From the IMG/VR virus record IMGVR_UViG_3300028588_000644, positions 1 through 46,804 of that record: a stretch of DNA of 46,804 bases, one strand, 5' to 3'. This stretch comes from a virus. Its lineage: Duplodnaviria; Caudoviricetes. Shown one piece after another: positions 1 through 8,126 of the stretch (positions are counted from its first letter, which is position 1; every line of letters begins with the position of its first letter). Under the pieces are notes generated by a model. It worked only from the letters and a program-made list of their open reading frames with translations, had not been told where the DNA came from and ran no database searches. The position numbers were made by a program, and so were the translations under genes.

Positions 1-106
1 GGTCTAATTTGCTTTTTCCGCCTGCTTTTTCTTTCAATTTTCCCAGCACTTGGGCGTGGCCGTTTAAGGAACAGGCTATGACCGCCAAAAGAATAATTTT
101 CTTCAT
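1..106 (-). CDS. Partial CDS (N-terminus only) of a secreted host protein
   Basis: Minus-strand ATG at 106 reads MKKIILLAVIACSLNGHAQVLGKLKEKAGG and stays open to the window edge; Bacteroidota-type signal peptide ending HA|Q. Confidence 0.7.
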   Translation of the reverse strand, partial: MKKIILLAVIACSLNGHAQVLGKLKEKAGGKSKLD

Positions 107-248
107 GTTTTAATTTGGTTAGGTTTTTAAATGATTGATTTTTCGGCTGCCAAGATATAGAAAAATCTCACATTTACAACATAACCACAGAAAAAAACTA
201 CATTTAGGTCTTACAATTTAACTGTTGGTTTGTACGTTTCGTATGCAA

Positions 249-278
249 ACTTCGTAACAGATTATTTTCTGTTAAAGA
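249..278. other. dif-like / tyrosine-recombinase-type site, copy 1
   Basis: TAACAGA-ttattt-TCTGTTA inverted repeat; TTCTGTTAAAG matches the E. coli XerD arm TTATGTTAAAT at 9/11; similar copy at 4761-4790. Confidence 0.4.
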
Positions 279-586
279 TAAAGATTCTTGCGAAACGTGA
301 ACGCGAAATTACACAAAATTCGCAAATCCGCCAGACCTCTGTTTTGTCTTGGTTCTGGAATGATTTTCGCGCTGAGTTCCGCGATGTGGACAAATTGGTT
401 CGCCGTGCCATCGTAGCTGTTCTAAGTGCTTTCTCAGGCTTCTTCGGTTTTCAAACTCATTCTCGTATCGTAGATTGATTTGTAAACTTTAGTGTTATTA
501 AGTTCCATATCAGGATGTTTTTCCATCGGTGTTTTATTAAAATTAATACCTGTCCCTTGTGTATTTTCTTTTTTTTTCTTTCTGTT

Positions 587-1603
587 CTATTGCCTTATAA
601 GATGATTTAAAGTTACGGCAGACTCGGGCGAAGATGGTCTCGGCGCATCTGGATCTGCGATTTGGCCGTCCTTTCCGATAATAACAAACCTAGGGATGCC
701 TGCAATCTTAAAGTGCTTTATCCATTGCGAGTTCCAGCCGTCATCGGCGAGGAGCTGCATTCCGCCCAGACCGTTGGCTGTCGCAAATTCGCGCCATTTC
801 GCGCGGTCCTTTGGCGCGTCAACTGAAATGCTTACAAATTGCACGGGCTTTCCTGCGAACTCTTCTTCCAGTTTTTTAAGATGAGGTATTTCGCTTTTGC
901 AAGGGCCGCACCAGGTTGCCCATATGTCAACATATACGACCGACCCCCTTAAAGCCGACAGTTTAGAGGTGCCGCCATTTAGATTTTCAAAATTGAAGTC
1001 AGGAGCAGGAGTATTTTTTAGTGAGGCAACGCTGCTTTCTTTAGCCTTGTACAGTGCAAGCTGGTGGATAATTTCTTGATTTTCCCTTTCATATTCTGCC
1101 AGCATCAGCGCGGGAAAATAGCGGTCGTATTCTTCCGATGACAGTAGCGTTTTCGCCTTTTCCAGACGCTTTTTCAGGATGTCGTGTAACTCGGCGTCAT
1201 TCGGGACTGCGTTTCTGAAGTGCTCCTTTAGCTTCTGGTCTTCCTTTTTCTTGATAAGCAAAAACTTGTTTTCTTTGGATCCCCTGCCAGAGAAAGCCAG
1301 CGTCTCGGCAAGCCGTTTTCCGTCCGCCGTGATCTTTAGGTCAGAGCCTTCGTCGAGATAGAGCGTTGAAAATTCAGCGCCGTCGAAGAGCTGGTAAAAG
1401 CCACGGGGAGCGTCGAAGCTCCCTTCAAAGTTTCCCCCTGGAGCCTTGAGTGTAATTTTGAAGTCTTCGTTGTGGAGCACAAGGGAGTCCGAATTGGGAT
1501 TGTTTACAGAGGCGCTCAGCCGTATTCCTTTCTGGCAGGAGGCAGCGGCAACTGCAATGAGTACGAGGATTGTGATTTTTCCCATAAGCGTGATTTTTTT
1601 CAT
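587..1603 (-). CDS. TlpA/ResA-family thiol-disulfide oxidoreductase lipoprotein
   Basis: Lipobox AASC; C-terminal thioredoxin fold with WATWCGPC and GIPRF; ATG start at 1603 preferred over the longer ORF start at 1630. Confidence 0.9.
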   Translation of the reverse strand: MKKITLMGKITILVLIAVAAASCQKGIRLSASVNNPNSDSLVLHNEDFKITLKAPGGNFEGSFDAPRGFYQLFDGAEFSTLYLDEGSDLKITADGKRLAETLAFSGRGSKENKFLLIKKKEDQKLKEHFRNAVPNDAELHDILKKRLEKAKTLLSSEEYDRYFPALMLAEYERENQEIIHQLALYKAKESSVASLKNTPAPDFNFENLNGGTSKLSALRGSVVYVDIWATWCGPCKSEIPHLKKLEEEFAGKPVQFVSISVDAPKDRAKWREFATANGLGGMQLLADDGWNSQWIKHFKIAGIPRFVIIGKDGQIADPDAPRPSSPESAVTLNHLIRQ

Positions 1604-1660
1604 AAGATGGTATTTGTGCGCCTGAAGCAACTATGGTTTCTGGCTTGCGATTTACAGCAT

Positions 1661-1670
1661 GCAAAACTAA
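1661..1670 (-). promoter_or_regulatory. -7 promoter element for the TlpA gene
   Basis: TAGTTTTG on the minus strand fits TAnnTTTG, about 60 nt upstream of the start. Confidence 0.6.
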
Positions 1671-1703
1671 CGGAGAATGGTTAACAGTTGAATTTTAAAT
1701 TGC

Positions 1704-1747
1704 TGAACCGTGGGATGAGCAGGATGAACCGTGGGATGAGCAGGATG
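1704..1747. repeat. 21-bp tandem repeat (2.1 copies) upstream of the TlpA promoter
   Basis: TGAACCGTGGGATGAGCAGGA x2 followed by TG. Confidence 0.9.
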
Positions 1748-2077
1748 GACTGTCAATCGCAATTTATGGCGCTGTGGCGTAAGGCGGTCCTATGACTGGC
1801 GGCCTGCTGCCATTTAGGAGCTGTTCAAAGAACTGGTGCAGAAAGCTTTAGTAACTTTTCGTGATAGCGGATGAAAGCCGTGAACTGGTTAAAAGCGCTC
1901 ATGATACTCCCGTCGCTGTATCTAGCAAACGCTGGAGCCATTGCAGCAATGGAGCAGGGCGGATGCTGCAATACATTGCGCTAATTGATGCCTCCTTAAT
2001 GGATCGGCAAGGATGAAGTTGAGGCCGATTTTGTTTTTCATTTTGTGAGGATTAGTTTTAGTGCCATATGACGATTA

Positions 2078-2575
2078 CTAACTCTGATTTTTTTGATCAT
2101 ATTCCGAAATCTCATCTTCACTGAAGTATCCATATTTTATGTTTAGATTTCTAAATTTCAAAAAAAGTTCGAAAGTACTTGTTCCTTCTTGAATCCATTC
2201 CAATAAGGTTTGTAAAGCGACCTCAAGATGGGTTGAAATATATGATTGTCTGCTGTCGGCACCTCTTATTCCAGCCTTATTTTTCTTTTTTCCACCAGTT
2301 AAAAATATTATTTTTTCTTCTCTTACAAATTTGCGTAACTCAGCATATTTATCATCACTTGGCAAATGTGTACGAAGTATACCTTCGATAGCATAATAAA
2401 CTTTATAAGCTTTATCAGGGTTTTGAATATCGTCAATTGAGTCAATGAAAATCGGCTCGTAATCGAATTCTTTCTCGAAGCCAAGCAATAATCCTTTGTT
2501 ATTGTCTGCTTCTTCGGCTAATTTCTTTATTTCATCAAAATCAAATTCAACTTTTTTTGTTTTCTTGTTTTCCAT
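2078..2575 (-). CDS. Hypothetical protein, putative toxin/partner of the upstream HTH-ImmA protein
   Basis: 165 aa ORF starting 1 nt after the stop of 2577..3770; no family recognised. Confidence 0.7.
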   Translation of the reverse strand: MENKKTKKVEFDFDEIKKLAEEADNNKGLLLGFEKEFDYEPIFIDSIDDIQNPDKAYKVYYAIEGILRTHLPSDDKYAELRKFVREEKIIFLTGGKKKNKAGIRGADSRQSYISTHLEVALQTLLEWIQEGTSTFELFLKFRNLNIKYGYFSEDEISEYDQKNQS

Positions 2576-2576
2576 A

Positions 2577-3770
2577 TTATTGTGTTATTTTTTCGAGTAT
2601 TAGGTTAACTTCTTCTTTAGGGTTGCTACCCGAATACCCTATTTTTAAATATTTGGTGGCAACATCAGATTTGATAAGATATTTATTAAATTTTATGTAA
2701 AGCGCATTCTGCTTAGATTTAGGCTGATCATAGATATAAAATCCATATATGATTGAAGGATGAATCCCGTGCTCTTCGGCGTACTGTTGAACCAAAAAAT
2801 GATTATTAATGTGGGGCTTAATAAAATTCATCTTCTCTTCTGAAAAAAGCATCGTACGGGCAAACATGTTAGCTCTATCCTCATTTAAGAGCATCAAGTC
2901 TGGCGCACCTGTCAAGTGAATTGAAAGTGCTTTAATTTCTTCTAAATCATAATAGATGTGACATAGTTCATGATAAAGCGTAAACCAAAGAAGATCATAA
3001 CGACCATGCAAATCTGTTAAAATTATGCAAGGCTTGTTGTTCACTATAAATGTTGCTCCCTTTACTGATGTCTTTGAAACGTATTTTTGAATGATCACAT
3101 TTACACCCACCACGTACAGAGCTTTAATAACCGTAAGCAAGCCATTAGTTTCCAGTCTTGTGTAAGGCCTGATTTTGGAAAGTAATTTCTTGAAATCTTC
3201 GGCGTTAAAGTGATTCGGATTTTTCATATTTTCTAGATGGCTGTAAGCAGATTTAATCCAAAAAATATTCATCAGGTCACTGGAGGATAGGTTAGATTTA
3301 CTATACAATGGATATGCAACCTTGGTAATATAATCAAAAACAGAATCTATATTGAAATAATTCAGGATTCTATTCTCGATTGCTTGAAAATCAGATTTAT
3401 TAGAAATAAAGCCAATTTTCTTCAACGCTTCCAAATCAAAATTCTTGGTAATGAAATTAGCCTTCTTTGATTGTTCAATGTCTGCAACAACATCAATCTG
3501 CAGAGTTTGCATATAAACGTTGACAGTATTACTGACATCCATCTCTAAGAAGTTGCTAATTTTTATAAAAGAAACTATGTCTATCTTTTTATTTTCACCA
3601 TTAATAATTCTGTTAAGAGTGTCAATGTTGATACCTAAAATAGTGGAAAGTTGTTTATCAGATTTGATAGATCTTTCTTCCTTTTTTTCCTCTATCAAAT
3701 CCTTAAGATTTCGCTTTGACGTTATCCCAAGTGAATTATAAATAAAATCAAGATTTGCATCGTTATTCAT
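2577..3770 (-). CDS. XRE-HTH + ImmA/IrrE-family Zn metallopeptidase fusion
   Basis: N-terminal HTH (KQLSTILGINIDTLNRIING); WFTLYHELCH (HExxH) and downstream EDRANMFA motif; ATG at 3770 preferred because the ORF-track start at 3791 lies in the promoter. Confidence 0.85.
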   Translation of the reverse strand: MNNDANLDFIYNSLGITSKRNLKDLIEEKKEERSIKSDKQLSTILGINIDTLNRIINGENKKIDIVSFIKISNFLEMDVSNTVNVYMQTLQIDVVADIEQSKKANFITKNFDLEALKKIGFISNKSDFQAIENRILNYFNIDSVFDYITKVAYPLYSKSNLSSSDLMNIFWIKSAYSHLENMKNPNHFNAEDFKKLLSKIRPYTRLETNGLLTVIKALYVVGVNVIIQKYVSKTSVKGATFIVNNKPCIILTDLHGRYDLLWFTLYHELCHIYYDLEEIKALSIHLTGAPDLMLLNEDRANMFARTMLFSEEKMNFIKPHINNHFLVQQYAEEHGIHPSIIYGFYIYDQPKSKQNALYIKFNKYLIKSDVATKYLKIGYSGSNPKEEVNLILEKITQ

Positions 3771-3781
3771 ATACGCGTTTT

Positions 3782-3845
3782 TGAGATACAAATATACATT
3801 AGTTTAAGGTTATATTTGTAAAAAATCTCATTTTTGAGATTTTTT
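3782..3845. promoter_or_regulatory. Back-to-back -7 elements and palindromic operator upstream of the HTH-ImmA gene
   Basis: TATATTTG on minus (about 3788-3795) and plus (3811-3818); AAAAAATCTCA-tttt-TGAGATTTTTT at 3820-3845; extra TGAGAT half-site at 3782-3787. Confidence 0.6.
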
Positions 3846-3950
3846 TAGCTCTACCTTAATGTCCGTGGAATGGAGTAGGTATTTTACAAGAATAAAAAAC
3901 CTGATTTTATTACAAACGATAACAAGTCTAGTCTAGCTGAGCAAAAAATA

Positions 3951-4361
3951 TTAATTAAGCAAACTATACATCTGCATGATTTGTATCGCCTCGTTCCCAT
4001 CGCTGAAATTATATTCGGCGAGTAATTCAATATTTTTAGGTTCGTGAATTTTATCACGTTTTTCGTTGACTTTCACAATAGTTGAGTCGTATTCAGGTCC
4101 AAATTGATCAGCCGTTATATCAATTATATAATTGCTATATTCAAGCCAAGTATGATGTATCCAACGACCATCATGGCGCCATTCTGAGCGACATAATTTG
4201 ACATTTTTGAATCCTTTTTCCTCGAGAAATCTACCAACAATCACTGACGAATGCTCGCAACTACCGGCAGGGAAATACTCGAATAACGCTATGTCAGATT
4301 TATTTTCTTCTATAACATTTCTTATCTGAATACAGTATTTTTTAATTATTTCTATCTCCAT
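3951..4361 (-). CDS. Small transglutaminase/papain-like fold protein
   Basis: FPAGSC ... HHTWLE ... IIDITADQF gives a Cys-His-Asp triad pattern. Confidence 0.65.
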   Translation of the reverse strand: MEIEIIKKYCIQIRNVIEENKSDIALFEYFPAGSCEHSSVIVGRFLEEKGFKNVKLCRSEWRHDGRWIHHTWLEYSNYIIDITADQFGPEYDSTIVKVNEKRDKIHEPKNIELLAEYNFSDGNEAIQIMQMYSLLN

Positions 4362-4705
4362 TAAAACTCACAATTCATTTCTCCCAACAAAACTCCATAA
4401 GCATTATCCGCATCTGGATCTTTTGAAGAGTTTACTTTTACAACTTTTACCATTTTAGGTGTCGCTTTATGATCGTTCAGAACTTCACACAAGTATCCAG
4501 CGTAACCATCTCTTCGGGTTCCATCATCTTCGACGGTTACGTAAAGCACATTTGCATCGGTAATCATTGCTTCTTTGACTTTAGGTTCCCTGCTAATTTC
4601 CTCTAGCGCCAGTTTATTATTTGGATTGTCTTGAGGTTTTGGAGTTTCTGAGCAGCCGGTTAATGTAACAATTGATATTGTCAAGAAAACTATTCTTTTG
4701 ATCAT
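4361..4705 (-). CDS. Hypothetical lipoprotein
   Basis: Signal peptide with lipobox LTGC; stop overlaps the next start (TAATG). Confidence 0.8.
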   Translation of the reverse strand: MIKRIVFLTISIVTLTGCSETPKPQDNPNNKLALEEISREPKVKEAMITDANVLYVTVEDDGTRRDGYAGYLCEVLNDHKATPKMVKVVKVNSSKDPDADNAYGVLLGEMNCEF

Positions 4706-4760
4706 ATTTTGAAAAATTAAAGAGAAAATTAAGGCATGGACCTAGATATGGTTATCGCGA

Positions 4761-4790
4761 AGTTCGGAACCGATTATTTTCTGTTAAGAT
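4761..4790. other. dif-like / tyrosine-recombinase-type site, copy 2
   Basis: TTCGGAACCGA-TTATTT-TCTGTTAAGAT; same centre and orientation as copy 1. Confidence 0.35.
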
Positions 4791-4871
4791 AAAATTTATT
4801 CGAGGAACCATAAATTGATACCATCAAAAAACGCCTAGATTGAGGTTATGGGCAAATAGCTACTGGTTCTA

Positions 4872-7715
4872 CTAGATGTCTTCTAAAATCTTTTCAAGTT
4901 GCATCTTAAACTTATATCTTAAATCATCGATATTATTATATGCGGTGGCATAGTGACCTAATGATCTCAATTTTCCTTCAAACTTCTCTTTACTAGCTAT
5001 ATCTTTTTTGTTGACTTTGGAGATATTAATGTCGCCGCCTTTAAAATAAGTATATATCAAAGGCTTCCCCGTTTGTTTAAAACTTCCAAATGCCGTTTCA
5101 AATTCTTCTTCAGTATACTTTCCAACTTTCGAAAAAAATAAACTAACAAATATATCAGAATTTAGGATTGCGTTGTTGTATTCACTCTGCAAGCGGGATT
5201 TGGAAACAGCATCAATGAAATCTTCCCACACCTCAAGATTTAGAAAGATTCCTTTAGTCTTAAGACGCTTATTCTCTCGATTAATAAAAATTTCAAATTG
5301 TTCTCTGTCTTCTTTCAATTCTGAAGACGACGCTAGAAATACAGTTATAGTTCTAGATGTAATTTCTGCATTTGTTTTTAGGTCTGAAGGATTCAAACCT
5401 ACACTGTGTAAAAGATCATCAATGACTAAACTTTTACGACCTTCGTTGCAATAGACTATTTCTCCATTAGATTGTGACCAACGTATTAAATCATTATAAA
5501 GATATGAAGTTGGCCTTGAACTTGTTGAACAAGAAGGACAATTACACGGTACATATATTTCAGGAACTACGCCTTTATACTCGGAAATGATGTTGTCCAG
5601 CGCTTCCATAATAAGTATCATCAATCCTCTAGAGTCTTTGCCCTTAGACTTAATTTCAATTTTTCGATTGTAAAACAGTTCTTCAACTTGAGATTGTGCA
5701 TTACTCTTATAAGAAAAATTCACTGCGTTATTCCACACTTCGTTATCTGAAGAAATTAATTTGCTCAACTCTGCGCTCAAATGATTTACGATTCCCTTGG
5801 GCATAAATTCAAATCTATATTCCAACCGCAAATATGGAATACTCTCGTTCCATCTAGATTCAATTGGAATAGACAAAAGCCTCACGGGCATTATATAATC
5901 ATCTTTTAAGTGTTTTTTAGGAAAGGCAATCTTGAATACCCCAAGCATTTTCTTTAATAAGTCGTGCATATCATCATAATCCGTATCAACCCAGAGTCGT
6001 TTAAAGTCAGCCGCCGTAATATTTCCTCGCTGACTCTGTATTTGATTATCATCAATGATTTTGTAAACAGCATTCATTGCCCATTGCGGTTGTAGAATGA
6101 CCCAATTTTTTAATTCATCGATTGTAGAATACCATAGAACTACTCCAATATCGTGTAAAAATTGACAGCAATCGCTAAAATCATTAGGGGTCACAAAGCT
6201 TTTTTCATTCGAGCTCTTGCAAATCACTTTAAACCTTTCAAAATGTATGAATGGAGCTTTTTTTGCTTCCTTTAATAATATGTTTCGAATCGAAACCCAT
6301 GATTGAGGAACTCCTTTCCCATAGTGGGGAAGATTTTCAATTTGATTTATTATTGTAGCCTTTATATTATCCAATCCCTCATTTTCATTAATTAGATTTA
6401 ATTCGAAATATGGTAATAGCTGGGTTTTTACAATATTGAAGTTCGTGTTGCTTAAATAATATCCCAAATCGCTCCACGATACCTTGCTACCCCGATCACA
6501 GGTTTGCCCAAGAATGATAGGGCTTTTTCCACCAAACTGGTAAATCGTTGGAATCCAATAATCGAAGTTGTGTGTCGTTTGGCGCGTTGAAGCCAACAAT
6601 ACAAAAACTGAATTTTCTGTTAAAAAAAAACGGTGAACCGGATAATAAACATCTTGCCCACCAAAATCCCATATGTGAGCCACCTTTTTTTGTAATGATG
6701 AAAATTGCCAATCCTTTATTTCTATACCGCGAGTTCTATTATCTTTACGAGGCAACGACGAGGATGGATTTAATAAGCGCTTTTGTAATGAAGTTTTGCC
6801 TGCAGATCCTTCACCTACTAAAGTTACCTTTGCCTCATAGATATAATCAACGCCTTCTTCAGTAATTTTTTCAAAATACCTTTTAATTGCAGCTTTGCCT
6901 TGTTTAACAATTTCAATTGGCGGTGTGCTGATCGGGTTATTGAAAAGAAATATTCCCGATACACCATTAGTGTATTGACTCCACTGAATTTTGCCATACA
7001 AACCGGTTATCCATTCAGGTAATTCTTCTAGTGGGTTTTCCTGCAGTGCAATACTTTTTACTTTTCTCAAATTTTCTAAACCTGACAGATTTTTGATTTG
7101 ATTGGACTGAAGCATCAAGTCGTTAAGTTGCGCCAGTTCTTTTAGTGGCTGCAGATCATGAATCTTATTATTTTGCAAATGTAAGATTTGTAGGCTTATT
7201 TGGTCTTTAAGAAAACTAATATCCTCCAAATTATTTCCTCCTAGACTCAGAGCTGACAACTTAAGTTTTTTAATGTTTTCGAGATCTGAAATTTGATTAT
7301 CTATAAGCCACAGCACCCTTAAATTTTGAAGTTGAGACAGTGGCCTAATTTTTCTAATTTGGTTTCGACCTAAGTTCAAGGTTCTCAAGAGTGTTAATTC
7401 TTTCAGAGGACTAACATCTTTAACTTTATTTGACAATATTGAAAGTCTAGTCAAGCCTTTAAAAGTAGATAGCAAAGAAATATCGGTTAGGTCATTGTTG
7501 TTGAGGTTCAAATACGTTAAAGATTTTAATTTGTGTAGGTATACTATAACGTCATCTAAGTTACTCATTTTAAAGCCCGCCAATGATAGAGACTTGACTT
7601 CATTATCTTCGTTAAGTGAGTATCCTTGGCCTATGCTAATTAAGTTATTTTTATTTTGCTTTAACTTTATGTTAAAGTGAAGTTCGAGCTCTGTAATTAT
7701 CGTTATATCATCCAT
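4872..7715 (-). CDS. Roco protein: LRR + Roc GTPase + COR + C-terminal TIR/DUF4062-like domain
   Basis: Internalin-like LxxLxLxxNxI repeats; P-loop GEGSAGKTS; TRGIEI; WDFGGQ; COR motif FLHDIGVVLW; tail VFLASSSELKEDRE...SDIFVSLFFSKVGKYTEEEF. Confidence 0.88.
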   Translation of the reverse strand: MDDITIITELELHFNIKLKQNKNNLISIGQGYSLNEDNEVKSLSLAGFKMSNLDDVIVYLHKLKSLTYLNLNNNDLTDISLLSTFKGLTRLSILSNKVKDVSPLKELTLLRTLNLGRNQIRKIRPLSQLQNLRVLWLIDNQISDLENIKKLKLSALSLGGNNLEDISFLKDQISLQILHLQNNKIHDLQPLKELAQLNDLMLQSNQIKNLSGLENLRKVKSIALQENPLEELPEWITGLYGKIQWSQYTNGVSGIFLFNNPISTPPIEIVKQGKAAIKRYFEKITEEGVDYIYEAKVTLVGEGSAGKTSLQKRLLNPSSSLPRKDNRTRGIEIKDWQFSSLQKKVAHIWDFGGQDVYYPVHRFFLTENSVFVLLASTRQTTHNFDYWIPTIYQFGGKSPIILGQTCDRGSKVSWSDLGYYLSNTNFNIVKTQLLPYFELNLINENEGLDNIKATIINQIENLPHYGKGVPQSWVSIRNILLKEAKKAPFIHFERFKVICKSSNEKSFVTPNDFSDCCQFLHDIGVVLWYSTIDELKNWVILQPQWAMNAVYKIIDDNQIQSQRGNITAADFKRLWVDTDYDDMHDLLKKMLGVFKIAFPKKHLKDDYIMPVRLLSIPIESRWNESIPYLRLEYRFEFMPKGIVNHLSAELSKLISSDNEVWNNAVNFSYKSNAQSQVEELFYNRKIEIKSKGKDSRGLMILIMEALDNIISEYKGVVPEIYVPCNCPSCSTSSRPTSYLYNDLIRWSQSNGEIVYCNEGRKSLVIDDLLHSVGLNPSDLKTNAEITSRTITVFLASSSELKEDREQFEIFINRENKRLKTKGIFLNLEVWEDFIDAVSKSRLQSEYNNAILNSDIFVSLFFSKVGKYTEEEFETAFGSFKQTGKPLIYTYFKGGDINISKVNKKDIASKEKFEGKLRSLGHYATAYNNIDDLRYKFKMQLEKILEDI

Positions 7716-7781
7716 ATTTCAAAATCAATTCTTATCAAAATTCTTTTTAAATCTTACAAACCTCTTTGATTCATTTCTATA

Positions 7782-8123
7782 TCAATAAGGTGGTGTCAAC
7801 TTTTCTTCCATTTCAACACTCGCCAAATATATTTTATCTTGTGTTGGCCAAGCAACCAAATATCTCCATTCTTTTCCGTCTGGAGAGCATGCGATTAAAT
7901 ATTCGTTCGGCGTGACTTCTTTAACGTGATATTCTCCACAGCCTTTGACATTGTTTTTTAAGATTAGCTTGCCAAGTTTGGTATACTCATCGCCAGTAGG
8001 GCTTCTCCAAGGCATAGCGTATGTGTTTTCATCATTAGTGATGTTAGTGCCACTACCACCAACTTTGCCCAGTATCCAAAAGAAGCCTAATACTACAACG
8101 ACCCCAATTAATAATTTCTTCAT
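7782..8123 (-). CDS. Membrane-anchored hypothetical protein immediately downstream of the repressor
   Basis: N-terminal hydrophobic helix; starts 3 nt after the CI stop. Confidence 0.75.
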   Translation of the reverse strand: MKKLLIGVVVVLGFFWILGKVGGSGTNITNDENTYAMPWRSPTGDEYTKLGKLILKNNVKGCGEYHVKEVTPNEYLIACSPDGKEWRYLVAWPTQDKIYLASVEMEEKLTPPY

Positions 8124-8126
8124 AAC

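Noticed and set aside
230-478. 82-aa plus-strand ORF
   Set aside because: TTG start, no motifs, overlaps the dif-like site; unsupported
1704-1747. Repeat considered as a CRISPR array
   Set aside because: Two abutting copies with no spacers, and no cas genes
6611-6625. Third ATTTTCTGTTAAA match to the dif-like motif
   Set aside because: Lies inside the Roc coding motif FFLTENS and lacks the left arm
6622-6630. A9 tract as a phase-variation site in the Roco gene
   Set aside because: In frame, explained by Phe-Phe-Leu codons, and unremarkable in AT-rich DNA
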